Assembly (NCBI GenBank): GCA_009103225.1
Contig: RHPI01001116.1
Location: 124,001 to 188,000 of the forward strand
Reading direction: 5' to 3'
Length of the DNA stretch: 64,000 nt
Source: Chlorokybus atmophyticus
Lineage: Eukaryota; Plantae; Mesostigma and Chlorokybus algae
This document shows, piece after piece, positions 11,779-25,100 of the stretch; the stretch's first letter is position 1, and each line of letters begins with the position of its first letter. A program made the translations under genes and the position numbers. A model generated the notes under the pieces. It worked only from the letters and a program-made list of their open reading frames with translations. It was not told where the DNA came from and did not search any database.

Positions 11779-14551
11779 ATGTGGCTGGCAGTGCTGCGGC
11801 GGGCGGTGGTGGGCGGCGGCGTAGGCGGCGGCGTGGGAGGTGTTGCTGCTGTTGGTGCTTGCGTCGGTGTCCTGCGGAGAGCTGCCGTCTTTGCTGGTAG
11901 TGGTTTGGACCACCCGCACGAGCAGGCGGCGTTGCTCGGCTGCAGGAGCTGGGCGAGCATTGGTAAATCTGCTGCTAGCAGCAGCAGCGGCCGGCCTGGC
12001 TACAGCGACAACAAGCGGGCCAACAAGGCCAACCGGCAGGTACGAGATGTACAACCTGCTGATTGCATGCCATGTTTTGACAAGTTAAATACGATAGTGA
12101 CTGGCTTGAATGTTCTTTGAGGATGACCTTCCTCTCAAACCAGCTTGACTGAACGCCTGCTGTTACCCAGCGTCGAAAAAACACTCCATTATTGCAATTG
12201 CCAATGCAGCTTGACTCTGCTCGTTTGTATATGCTTCCAAGCTGGTGTGTTGTTTGATTTGTCAAGCAGCAAACCTGCCATACTTGCATTTATAGCCCCA
12301 CCCTTCATGCTGTGCGGTATCTATGTTCAGGAAATTAAACACGGCTTGTTGGCATTCAACGTGTGTACAGGTATCCAAATTTGGCAAGTTTGGACTCCCG
12401 TCCCGCAAGGATGCAAAGGAGTCGAGCAAGCTTTCAGATGCTGCAGGAAAAGCATCAGCAAAAGGAGCCTTCAAAGGTCCTCTAAGCCAGGCCGCAGGAC
12501 GTTACCAAGGCAAAGAAGAACAGCAGCACCACCGAAAGCCGCAGCAGCGCGAGTTGCCTTTACTGTGGGAAGATGGCAGGCTACGACCAAGCAGCAAATT
12601 CAAAGCGGATGGCTTAAGAGGCTTGACTCAAAAGTTTGGCGATAGGTTGCAGGGATGGAGCGCTGGCAAAGATGCCAAAAAGCCCCCGCGAGCATATGAG
12701 AAACCAGACGGGCATTGGGAGTTACGCAGCTCAGCTCCAAAGAGGTTTGGAGGAGATGGCAAGGATGACAGAAAGCCGCCGCGAAGGCATGACAAACCGT
12801 ACCGGCATTGGGAGACATCACGCAGTTTAGTTCAACAGAGGTTTGGAAAAGATGTTGACAAGGATGGAAGAAAGCCGCCGCCGCGAGCATATGAAACACC
12901 TGACAAGCATCGGCAACCACCACGCAGCTCAGTTCCACACAGGTTAGGAGGAGATGGCAGGGATGGTAGAAAACCGCGCGCATATGAGACACCTTATAGG
13001 CATCGTGACGCACAACGTGGTTCACCTCAACAGAGTTTTGGAGGAGTTATCAGGGATGACAGAAAGTTGACGCGAGCATTCGACAAACCTCACAGGCATC
13101 GCGACATATCACGAGGTTCAGTCCAACAGAGGGTTGGAGGAGATAGCAGAGCCAAGCGAGATCGCTCAACAGACACCTTATCTGCCTCACAGCAAAACAA
13201 AGATTGTCTATCCACCAGCACGCCGGCCGCGTTGAATGTTGAGTGCGATGATGATCAGAATAGAGCGCTGTTGACTGCCGATTTTGTGCCGTTGAAACAC
13301 GCGGAGGTCAGGCAGACAGTGGCAAGCCCGGAACTGGTGGATTACTTGGAGGAGAACCTGTTTGGAAAGCGGCGCCAGCAGGAGATTGTCGAGCGCGGGT
13401 ATGACCAACGTAATGCAGCACCTTTGGATGACCTGCCGCTCCGCAGGAGCCGCATGCGCGATACGGCCATGCGAGCACCGGACCCAACCATCTTCGCCAA
13501 GCACCTTGAGTTGACTCACTCGGCTTCGGTATGTTATCCTTACCTCTTGCTGCATCTCGCGAAGTCACATTGTGCATGCGTGCATGCGTGTGGAATATTG
13601 AGTTGGCACGCTTGGTTACAGTCTTGACACGTTTTGTCTTGTCAAGAGTATGTCATGTAGTGGGAAGCTCTCCATATCATGGCATGGTATCTTTAAGTTC
13701 ATTGTGATTGTTCGAATGATGTCCAGGCACACTTGTAGGTGCCGTCCTTGTTTCCAGAGCCGAAGCTGCCGGAGATAGCGTTCGCGGGCGTGTCCAATGT
13801 GGGCAAGTCAAGCCTCATCAACGCGCTCCTTCGCAAGTGGGGCAAAGCGCTGGTCTCCTCCAAGCCTGGACAGACACAGACCGTCAACTTCTACAAGCTT
13901 GGCACGCACATGACCCTCGTGGACCTTCCTGGTTATGGCTTCGCTTTTGCCGAAGAAGAGGCCAAGAAGAGCTGGCAAGCTCTCACACAGGTGAGTGCGT
14001 GAGTGTGTAAGAGAGAATGAGCAAGAGAGACAACGGACACAAACATGTGTTGTTGTTCCTTTTCCATGACAGGCCTATTTGACTGAGCGTCCGACATTGA
14101 AGAGGGTTCTGCTCATGATGGACGTGAGACAGGTGCCGAAGGTGTCCGACTGGGAGTTGATGAAGCAGCTTGACGCCGCGGGCGTGCGCTACCAGGTGGT
14201 GCTCACGAAGACAGACCTCGTGATGCCTGACCGCCTCGCCAGCCGCATCACGGCCTTCAAGAACTCCCTTGCAGGGTTCCGCTGCCTCGTGGACCCTGTG
14301 GTAAGGGCCAGCAACATGTTGTGTGACTGTGCTCATCTTTGCCGTTGTATTCCCAACCCAACGCAACCATTGCAACGTCTCAGATGCCGGTGAGTGCGGA
14401 GTCTGGAGCGGGCATCATGAAGCTGAGGGCGATGCTGGCTGGGTTGGCGAAGCGCCCGCAAGTACAGGAACAGCAGGCGCAGGTTGACAAGGTCGCGAGA
14501 AGGGAGGAGGAAGCGGCCGTCCGGCGAGCTCACTGGCAGAAAGCTTCATGA
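11779..14551 (+). CDS. engB: EngB/YihA/YsxC family GTPase with long N-terminal extension (At5g58370-like, probably organellar); 5 exons
   Basis: LPEIAFAGVSNVGKSSLIN (G1), KPGQTQTVNFY (G2), LVDLPGYGFA (G3), VVLTKTD (G4), VSAESGAG (G5). The upstream block PELVDYLEENLFGKRRQQEIVERGY..APLDDLP resembles the plant At5g58370 clade. Confidence 0.92.
12668..13147 (+). repeat. Five imperfect ~31-33 aa coding tandem repeats in EngB exon 2
   Basis: Units such as KDAKKPPRAYEKPDGHWELRSSAPKRFGGDG, KDDRKPPRRHDKPYRHWETSRSLVQQRFGKDVD and RDDRKLTRAFDKPHRHRDISRGSVQQRVGGDS. Confidence 0.85.
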
Positions 14552-16182
14552 TCACGCGCTACAGAAATGCTTGGATGGGTACCGATCACCACTTGCATGC
14601 TCTTGCTGAACAAGCATGCTGGTTGCGCAAAGCTGCTGCACCAGCACTGTCAGGAAGAGCGCGCCACGGTTACAGAAGGTCACATTTTGCTCGCATGCTT
14701 GGAGGCCTGTTGCCAGTGCAAGTGATGCTGCCAAGATTCATTATTGTTTGTCTGGGATTGGCCTGGTCTGCCTAGTCGAATGAGTAAGTGTGTGCGTAGT
14801 GTGCTCCGCGCCATCTGCCTGTACTCTGCTTGCGGCGCAAGTAGTCCTGGACAACAAGCTTGCGGGTACATTGTTGAGGCGTGTCCATGACAGCTTGCCT
14901 TGACACTTGCAGCATGTGCCCTTGGCTAGCAACACAAGGCGTGCGACACCTCAGTCGCTGAGGATATGTGTGTCAATAAACACATATGGTACCGCTATGC
15001 TTCCTTAGCATGTTGGCAATCTCTTGCAGTCTTATACACTATGACTGAAACAGCATGAGGTCGTTGCACACCCTGCTCTCCATCCCGTGGCCCGGGAATC
15101 TCTTCTCAAATGTATGAAAAAGGTCTGATCGTAGTCCGCTGGTGTGGAGCTAACCGAGAAAATGACAGTACAGCATACGATATCATACACAGCGTACCAC
15201 GCTTAAGGCTTATATAACTCACCATGCGTAAATGGCGCATTGCCATGCAGACTGCATGATTGAGATGGAGACGACTTTGTCTGATCAGACCTTATACAGC
15301 GTTCACGCTGACATTGAGGACACTGAGATTGACGAAGGAGCGCAAGAAGCTGCCTGTCTCGATGATTATCATGCACACCTTGCACTCATGAGCTTCATGC
15401 ACACACATTCCCTCTTGCAACTTTCGTACACTTCCAAGAGCAGTGAACGATGAGCAGGCCAAGAGAGCTGGAAGCATTTCTTCCGAAGGAAAGAAGGGAG
15501 CAGCAGCAGCCAACACCCTTGCATTTTACGCTCTTGCGAGCAGAGCGCGAAGTCTGGTACATTGCGTTGCCACGCGGCGCCACTTTTCAGATCAATCATC
15601 AGATCTCTACACGAAGTGTACACTTGGCCGGCAGCGGGCGGCGGCGGCGGCGGTGCAGGCCACAAGGTGGCGGCGGAGGAGGAGGGGGAAGTGCAGGAGG
15701 AGCAGGTGCTGAAGAGGACGAAGGGGCAAGGTGTATCTTCGACACCGGTGGTGAGCAAAGCTGTGGTTTGCTTGCATGCGGTTGTTACTGTGCCGGGCGA
15801 AAGGCTGCGCCGTTGTTGTTGGCGGAACCTGTGGCGGCGGCGGCGGGCGCCGTGCATGCATGCATGTTTTCCGTGCCTCTCCATGCATTGTGAGTCGCTC
15901 TGGTGTAAACGTGTAGTGGCCATTCGCATACGTCAAGCCGCATGAGCGGGCTGACGTAAGCACACTGGAAGGCGCCACTGCCCGTGCTTCCTGCCACACA
16001 GACAGTGTTTGGACATGCTGCAGTAACCTCGGCCTTTCATTCTTCGTTTGTTGAGGTAGCTTTTCTCCACCCACGATATTGATTCGCACTTTTAACTGCA
16101 GAGGGTGTGACCTCCAAGGCACATCTCTCGTCTCTGTTGTGCACTGGTAGTGCACAGCACTTCACCGCGCCGCACACAAAGT

Positions 16183-17357
16183 ATGGCTGCTGCCGCCGCC
16201 GCCCGCAGTCTGGTGCTTGCTGTACCGAAGCCACCGGTCTGCTTCGCAAAGGCGCGGGGGGAATCTGTCAGTAGTAGAGCAGGCTGTGGCACCAGCAGAG
16301 TGTCCGCTGGTGGTGCGAAGACGCGCGGAGCGAGTGCCGGACTGAGAGGAGGAGGGCTCTTTCTGGGGGAGAGGCTGGGCTTGCGCTTGGGGAGGTGAGT
16401 GACAGTGCGACGCTACATACATGGTTTGATGTGAGCATTTATTCATGCCAGCGGTATGCAAATGCATGCATGTGCACGCTCACATACGCAAGCATGTGTG
16501 CACGCACGCATGCATGCACTCATGTTTGTATGCAGATACATGAAACAGACTGATGTATATATATGCACGTGTGTGGGTACGTACGCACTCTGCTCACCTC
16601 ACATGCATGCGTATGCGTATACACGTGTACATATGCACAAGATACGCGCACCTGCGGATTACATACGTATGGATGTCTAGTAGAACTAGACTTACATATG
16701 CCTAGATTGCCATTGTCATTGACACATCCTGTGTTGAGCTGCTCGGGTAAAAGATACGGGAGCCCGTGCACAACAACTTGATGCCATCCCCTTACCCGTA
16801 ATGTTGCTATTCCCTGACCCGTTTTCTCAACTGATGTGGTTGTTTGATAGTTGCTGAAACATATGCGCACAATGAGGCTACCGCAAGCACAAGGCACTCA
16901 GGCATCCCCACATGGATTGTCACGTACACTTCATCTGCCACTTTGCATGCATCTCACACCCTCACTGTCACAGGCCTTCCAGCAGCATGCAGAACTCCAC
17001 TCCCTCAGTCCGACCCTTCCAAGTGCGTGCCAGCAGCGAACCAACGAGCAGCAAAGAAGACCAAACCCCATCATCATCCTCAGACACCAACGATCAGCTC
17101 GACGCGACGTCGCTTGCGTCCAACGTCGGCCTGGCGCTGCTGTGGGCGGCCTTCGTCGCGTACGCCTTTACGCTCTCGCCCAACCAGACGCCGTACCGCG
17201 ACACCTACTTCCTGATGAAGATCGTCGGACTGGGGGAGGACGACGGCGTTCAACTCAACAGGTAGGGAGTATGTGAGTTGGTGCTTTGTGATGCAGATGG
17301 TTGTTGAATTGCATCATGTGAGCTCGCGGAGCCATGCTTACGTGCTCGCACGCACGC

Positions 17358-17388
<31 letters not shown>

Positions 17389-18564
17389 GGTGTCTGTGTG
17401 TGTGTCTCTTGTGCGCATATTTCCGTGCGTGTTGGTGTAGTACCTGATCTCACAGCCACACGCGCATACGCATGCGTGTGTGTGTGCGCTCTTGCGGGTG
17501 TCTGCGTATGTGCTCTCTGTGTGCCTCTGTGCGTGTGTCCAAACAGTACTTCATCTCATTTGCAACAGGGTGTTTTTCTGCTTGTTTAACATCATGGGCG
17601 TGTGGCCCGGCATCTACAACAAGCTTCTGATCCCGTCGGCGCGCGCGAGCGGTCGTCCGAGGGGCAACTTCTCGCTGCCTGCGTGGCCCTTCATCGCGCT
17701 CTCTTACGGCACGGGCGCCTTCGCACTGCTGCCCTACTTTGCCCTATGGCGACCAGAAAAGGTGGATGTTACAATGTGGGTATGCGTGAGTTTTGTGTTG
17801 GTTTGTGTCTCTTTTTCACATGCTTGTTTACTCGTAGGCTGCTGCGCTGCCGTCCGCGGAAGAGCGCAACACTAAATGGTTCAAAGGTGTTGAGTCGAAA
17901 ATAACCGACTGGATCTTGCTGATATCTGCTGTCGGGCTAGTTGTCGGTGCTGCCACAGCCGGCCCGAAAGATTGGTAAGCAATAGAGTCACCTGCCCACA
18001 CTTTGCACATACACACCAAGCACACTCAAACACAGCACAAAGGTACACACGGTAGCGGCATTACTTCACGACTGAGCGGTTTTCACATGTGTCTGACCAT
18101 GCATTGGCTCACTTACACTCGTACCCTCACGCGAACGAGTGTGGGCGAATGCATGGTCATGCACATATTCATACTGCACATTTGGTACGCCCCAGTGCAT
18201 CGCTTGCAACACATTGGTTGAACAGTACACATTCCGTCGACGTTCTTTGTACACATAGGTGCATTCCTGACAACCTCGATACGTTGGCGTTGATTGTACG
18301 TTGTTTGTTGTTCCCAGGTCCGAGTTTGGGCATTTCTTCGACGAAAGCCGTTTCATCCACGTGATGACGCTCGACTTCTTCACGCTGTGTTGCTTGGCTC
18401 CGTTCTGGGTGTTCCACGACGCGGACCGGCGCCAGTACAAGTCGAACCTCCTCTGGCCCCTCGCGCTCACGCCGCTCTTCGGCCCCGCGGTCTACCTCGT
18501 CCTCAGGCCGCAGCTGCCGATGGCCGAGGATGGCGCGAAAGAGGCGCAGCAGAAGGCGGAGTGA
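16183..18564 (+). CDS. Plastid multi-pass membrane protein of cyanobacterial type (At2g04360-like, DUF2834-related); 5 exons
   Basis: Transit peptide, then ALLWAAFVAYAFTLSPNQTPYRDTYFLMKIVGL, LFNIMGVWP, PAWPFIALSYGTGAFALLPYFALW, FFDESRFIHVMTLDF, PLFGPAVYLVLRP. Confidence 0.85.
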
Positions 18565-20259
18565 ACAGAAGAGTGGGGTGGCGGGGTTGATAGTGAGGTT
18601 GGGTTAGCGTTGAGAAGCGTGCGGTATGCGCATGTAGCCCATTGATGGACGGCGCAGTTATGCAGAGAGACATGCTTCTAATGTAAGCTTGGTGCCAAAT
18701 GCATTATGCACCGCTGATTTGAAGGTTGGGTGGGGTGCAGATTGGTTGTAATTTTGAAAAATTTGAGTATTCTTCATTACTGTTCTGAAAAACTTCATGC
18801 AACCGCGCCCAGTGTCGGCTGCTGTGGATGTCAACCGACTTGTTCATGCTTATCCATTGCGGATCAGCAAATTGTATGTGCTTGTCACTATCCGCACTTC
18901 ACGAGTTACACTACCAAAACTACCTTGGGCAAGCATTGCCGAGAAATTTTGCAACTTGATCCAGTATCTTGAACAAATCGATGCTGTGCAAAGCACACTT
19001 TTGTCCGGCACTATGCACCATATCAGGTATGCATGTGAGAGTGGGTGCACAACACACACACACGGAGCTTAAAGCTTCAAACTCCGTTGGAAAACACAGC
19101 GTGAAGCTTTGTGTGGTCGAGTCGCAGTACACACGGTGTGTACGCCTGTGTACGTACAGGACGCATTTCATCACAGCCATGGCGGACTTACTGCACGCCA
19201 TGCACGCCGATTCGCTGAAAAAGCTATTGGCGACGCTGCGACAAAGAATGTCAAAGACAGATGCATACGTCTACTGCACAGCACCAAGGCTGCTCTACAT
19301 GATGGTGGTCAAGTACTTGCAGCAGCACTACCGGTGATGAGCGACAGATGCACTGCATGGGGAGCAGGCTGTTGGTAACACAGCGTGCCCGTGCGAACGA
19401 AGGAGGACACCAACGCCACCACCCAACCCCACCACCGACACCTAACTGTCAGCAGCGACACTGCGCAATGCAGGGCTGACAGTGCTGGCAGTCGCCCTGC
19501 ATGCGTGTGCCAGAGGGAGACAGGGCAGAGGGGCCCTGCCACATCAGAAGCGCCGAGGGTTGCGAGTCGCAGCGACTGCGGCCAAAGAGAAGAGAAGGAG
19601 GAGCGGAGGGAGAGAGAGGCGGAGGAGGGAGAGGTGCAGGAGGGGGAGGAAGAGAGAGAGGGAGACAGAGGGGAAGGAGGAAGGGAGAGGGAGGGGAAGG
19701 CAACTCATGGGCTGCCTGCTGACTGTATTGCCACTGCTGCACCGCTACATCTGCTGACTACCGTTGTTAACGCTGCCCTGGTCGTGTTGTACAGGTAATC
19801 ACACGTGCATGCATGTGTGTTGCACGGGGTATGGGCAGTAGTGAAGGTAGATTAGTAGTGAACTTGGACATCCCGGTGGTGAATATAAGAGTGCGATGGT
19901 GTAGTGTGCGGACTGCATGCATGTTTGCTACATTCTCATGCATGCCACAATCCTTGCATACTATAATATAAAGTATGCATGAGCTACACATACCACTGTC
20001 ATGCCTTATACATGCCCTGCACTACATTATGCCATGACAGAAGTCCACTGGCGCAACCCACCGTTAACCACTGCAATCTCTCACATACGTCGCGTACCAG
20101 CATTACTAGCGGGACAAAGTGGTGAGCCTTGTGCATTGTCTGCTGCTCACATTGTGCAAATGGTAGCTTTGCCGAGTCTCTTCTGCATGTGCGCCATGCT
20201 GTGCACACAATCAAGCCAGTCACACAGCCTCACGCCGCATTACATAACCTTCCAGTTTC

Positions 20260-21289
20260 CTAGCGAATGAAGCGAGCAAGAAACGCAGCCAGTGGTGGTA
20301 CCAACTTATCCACATAGATGACGAAGGCCAGACCAAAGGCCAACGCGATCACCACGAGCACAGCATCCCGCAACTGCAGAAAGACAACAACGTTGCTGAG
20401 CATGTGCCAGCATGCCTGTTATATTGCAACACGCCAGCAGCAAGCTGACTTGGTGGTCAACATCAACATGAGCACATACCGCTTCCAGCGGGTTTGGCCA
20501 TGTAATCGGAATAGCCTCCTTGTTGGCGTGAACTATCGCGGCGATAAGAGAGGCACGCCTGGCGCTAGTGGGTGGTTCTAGTGAGGACGTCCTACACACG
20601 TGAGGAGGAGTTTACTCAGGGCCTGAACAATTGCAACAAGCACCTGTCACTCTTGCAGACAAACCAACGAAGCATGCATCATCATTGACAGCCACCACAC
20701 GGTGTGGTGCATGTTTTCCACTTACAGGAGCATTGGCAAGATGATGTGCTTCTGCACCCATGTCAAGCTTGCATAGCCATCGGGCTGGCTCAAGACCGCT
20801 TGCGTTGCAGCGTGGAGATGTGCTGTACATCGTTGCCATTGAAGCGGTTTAGACCCAACGGGATTGCTGCGCTTCTGCAATTGTCCGCCGCATAAACGTT
20901 GCCTGTATGCCACATCGCATGATGATGGAAGCGTGACATGGCTTGCGACACGCCTACCAGAGTGCAACGCAGAAACAGTGAAGGTGGGTTAGAGACACAA
21001 CAACGCATGCAACCGTAGAAACAGCAAGTTCGAAAATGGACTGAAGAACACAGCCAAATGTTCACAGAGTGCATGCATGCAACCTGCACAACCGACTGAC
21101 TTAGTGGTTTTGCAGCTGTGCAGCCGTCTTGGACAACTTGTCGCAAGCAACAGAGAGACAGTCTGCTGCAAACCTGCATGCTGGACTGCTGCTTTGACTG
21201 CTGCTGCTTGAAGCCAAGTCGGAGCGATCCTTCGGCAGCACTGCCGGCCAAGCTGTGTGCAGCGCCGCGGAAGAACCCAGCGCCAACAT
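20260..21289 (-). CDS. Plastid-targeted SecE-like preprotein translocase subunit; 4 exons, phases consistent
   Basis: Ser-rich N-terminus (MLALGSSAALHTAW..SSSSSQSSS). C-terminus EAIPITWPNPLEALRDAVLVVIALAFGLAFVIYVDKLV fits the SecE pattern (V/I)xWP..E....(V)V-TM-VD. The last two exons (20480-20591, 20260-20373) are secure; the 5' exons less so. Confidence 0.62.
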
Positions 21290-22128
21290 GGCTTAGGCCC
21301 AAGTGCCTGCTCTCCCCCCCACAACACCAAACCCGAAGCACAAAGCCCCAACAAACCGCAGAGCAGCAGCGCAAACCCTTGCTCCGCCTCGCTCGCTCAC
21401 AGCATGCGCTGCGCAGGTGGCGGACTAGCACTCGCAAAAGGCAAGCCTGTACCGCCTCAACCAGCTGGCACCCTGCCTGCACAAGCACGCTCTGCTACGC
21501 TCACACCACCGCCACTGCCGCCGTTCCTGAACGGTACTGTAGCTTTCGCAGCTGTGGTTAGTAGTGTGCCCACGCACGGTCGGTGGCGGTGACCGTGGCG
21601 GTGTAGGCGGGGGTGTTGCCGGCGTCGTCGACGCCACGGGAGGCTGCGGCGCAGCTGCAGGTACACTATGACGGGCTTTGTGGTCGTTCCAGTGTGCGTC
21701 GTGCTTGGGCTTGGGCTGTGGCTGTCGTCGCTGGCCAGCACTGGTTCCATTTTGGCTGAAGCTGACTGGTCCTGAACTGCCGCCGCATGTCAGGCGTTGC
21801 GGACAGCAACGCTGCTGCATTGACAGTGCCTGCTGTATGCTGTTTGATGAGTAGACAGCAAGTCTGTCGTGTGTGTGACATGCCATGCAATGCATGTTGA
21901 GTATTGCCTGGTTGGCTGCGTTGTTGAGGCTTTTCCTTTTGCTGTGTTGGGCATGTACTGCGATGGTATGTGTCCCTATGTTTGTCTGAATTTGTGTCGG
22001 CCTGTGTGGCATTGGTATGCGCAGATATTATAGAACACAATTTTCTCTCAGAGCAGCACGCACTACTACTGCTACTACTACTTCCTGCCTGTGTGTGTGT
22101 GCACTGCACCCACACACAACACCCATCC

Positions 22129-25100
22129 ATGGCCGCGCTGTGCAGTGCCTTAGCGCATCATCAGCGGCCGCCTCTGCGCGCAGCCTCAACCACGCTGCGA
22201 GCCTGCTGCAGGGTCCTGTCTGCAAGCAGCGCCAGGCCACAGTACAGCGCACGCGCGCAAACACACGAGACATCCACACAGCGATTGTTCTTCCTCGGTA
22301 AACCGATTACCGAACGCAACCGCTACCCAACACCATCGCTGGCACGCTCCTTCTCCACCACTAAAGCAGGCAAGGAGGGGATGCGTGCGCGTGCGTGTGT
22401 TCCTCACCGTTTAGGAGTTGGCCAACGTTGCTTGCTTGCACAGTTGCAACGGTCACTATGGTGCCCACGTTGGGATTGACCGCTCCCGCGCCAGTCACGG
22501 AAGAGTTGCCGCAAGTGCGGGCGAGCTCGACCTCTGCTCCCAAGTATGCGCACGCTTGTGGGCCTCAACAAGACGTGTGGTAATTATACCACTGTATGCG
22601 TGTGTCGAAAGAAGCATGTTGCAGGTACTCTGGGGACCTGCTCGCTGTGGGATTGTACAAAGACGCTCCTTTTGAGGGCGAGCTGGCTGAGTTGGATGCT
22701 AGCTTCCATGGCTTGATCAAGGAGCTGGTAAGCGCCGCAAGCGCACAAGCAGCATGTGATGTTATGTTACAACCGCTCGAAGCCGCGAGTTGCATGTCAA
22801 TAGCAAGTATGGTCAGACTGCTGCGGCAATTGCTGCTTGTTGATGTTCATCTGTTGGGTCTCTCTCTCGCAGGCCTCGGATGAGGACTTTGCCAAAGAGA
22901 AGGGCAAGAGCCTTGTGGTCAGGGTACCAAATAGCTCCGTGAAGTGGTGCGCAACTCATTGGTTTTTACAAATCCTCTTACACGTTGCGCTGCCAACATG
23001 CCACATGTTGACCTTCACTTGACTTGCTTGCATTTGCTACATCAGGCTTGCGGTCGTCTCTCTGGGAGAGTCCAAGGACGAGGCCGAGAGCTGGAAGTCG
23101 CTTGGGGCGTTTGCTGCCAAGACAGCCAAAGCGCAGAAGGTGAGCCTTGCTTGGTAGAGACTTGTGCGGTCAGATAAGTAGCAACGAGCCCTGCTCAGGC
23201 AATGCTGTCATTTTGACACTTGATGATGGTGTCAATCAGGAACGATAGTGTCAGGTAAACCATCTCAGTAGGATTAGATGCAAAGTAAATTGCAATGTGA
23301 CCAGGTAGAGACAATGGGGCTGGCAGCATTTGGCAACGGGGGAGAGCGCGACGAGGAAGCGAATGCAAAGCTTGCAACCCTTGGCAGCATCCTGGCAGCC
23401 TTTGAGGACGCCAGGTTCAAGTCCAAGGTGTGTTCTGTGCATGTGACCGCAAAACATTGGATGTTGTTCTGCAGAAACTTAGTCGAACCTTTGACCGCAG
23501 TCCAAGCCGTCATCTTTGAAGAGTGTGGAGCTTCTGAACATCTCTGCGGACGTGTCGGACGCCATCAATGCTGGCGTTGCCATCAGCCGCGGCATCATCC
23601 TTGCCAGACAGATGGTTGGCGCGCCACCAAACGTCCTGACTCCAGGTGAGACTGTGAGGCTGATGCCGTGTGTGCTTATGCGTGTTCGTGCGCGTGCGTG
23701 CGCGCCCACTCGCGAGCGCCTGTGGAGGTGCATGTGTGTATAGATCTTTTGCGTATGTGCTGCATGTATTGACATCAATCTGATGCTGATGTCAGCCGAC
23801 GAAGCGTGCTTACATGTTCAAGTTGTGCAGCTGCTATGGCAGAAACGGCCAAGGAGGTCGCGGATGCTCAACCAAGCGTCATGAAACTCAAGATCATGGA
23901 CGAGTCCAAGTGCGCGGTCAGCATATGCACATTAACTGCCGCTTAGCTGTGTGCCCACTAGACTGGAGGAGCACCTGTGGTTATCAATGTTATTGTGAAT
24001 GTTCACAGGAGTTGAAGATGGGTGCATACCTGGGCGTGTCTGCGGCATCTGAGAATCCTGGGAAATTCATCCATTTGATATATACTCCTCCTGGTGGTGC
24101 TTCCCGCAAGCTTGCGATTGTGGGCAAAGGTCAGAGGTGCTTATAACACAACGAGTGCACTCATTTACGTATCAGTGGTGGTTGCTTACAGGCAGTCCAG
24201 CTTGATTCGCGCAATGGGCATGTACAGCAGCTCTTGCAACGGGCACCACTCGATTGTTTACACTGTTGTTCAATGAAGTAACCAGGCTGGAAACATGTTG
24301 TCCTGCTGTTTCTTGTTAAGCTTGTCTGCTCTTGATATGCCAACTTGTGCTGGACTTCAGGATTGACATTTGACTCTGGCGGCTACAACATCAAGGCTGG
24401 AGCTGGCAGCATGATTGAGTTGATGAAGTTTGACATGGGGGGCGCTGCAGCTGCAATTGGAGCGGCAAAAGCCTTGTCGGTAAGCTACATGTGTATGGGC
24501 TGTGTGATATGAAACCAATCCACAATCGTCCTCCAGCACTTGCCTTCACTGAATGGCTACTGGTCTCACTTCTTCTTGCTCTCAAGTTGCATGTTGCTAT
24601 CTGTTGCTATCATTAAGCAGTCTGCTGAGTACATGGCGTGAGCTGATAGGGTAGTTGCTGACCATACCTCCTTGTCATATGACAGGAGATCCAGCCAGCA
24701 GGTGTCGAGGTGCACTTTATCGTGGCAGCGTGCGAGAACATGATCTCAGGCAAGGGCATGCGCCCCGGTGACATCCTGACGGCCTCCAATGGCACAACCA
24801 TTGAGGTGTGTGCCAGTGCGTGCTATCGTTTTTAGCTGTGTCACTGGCTTTGTAAAATATACTTTGTCGCATTGGAATCGCACTTGTGCATGTTATCAAC
24901 AACAGGTCAACAACACGGATGCTGAGGGCCGACTGACCCTGGCTGATGCGCTTGTGTATGCTGGCAACCTTGGCGTGGAAGCGGTGAGTGGCTTGTCTTT
25001 TGCTTTGTGTGATGCAACTTGCATGCATGTCCCATTGCAGTGCAACACATGATGATGACACTGTGACATGGCAGACAGTGGACTTGGCAACTCTGACTGG

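Noticed and set aside
11566-12054. Minus-strand ORF resembling a transit peptide
   Set aside because: It is the antisense shadow of GC-rich EngB exon 1, whose + reading has a good donor and joins exon 2 in phase.
15200-15950. Several overlapping ORFs on both strands between EngB and the DUF2834-like gene
   Set aside because: No recognisable motif and no consistent exon chain could be built; a small gene is not excluded.
18920-19800. ORFs including a Glu/Arg-rich 137-aa frame
   Set aside because: Driven by purine-rich low complexity; no ATG start or homology recognised.
21400-21790. GC-rich ORFs between the SecE-like and LAP starts, including a 35-aa hydrophobic peptide
   Set aside because: Too short and ambiguous in strand; may be 5' UTR or promoter sequence.
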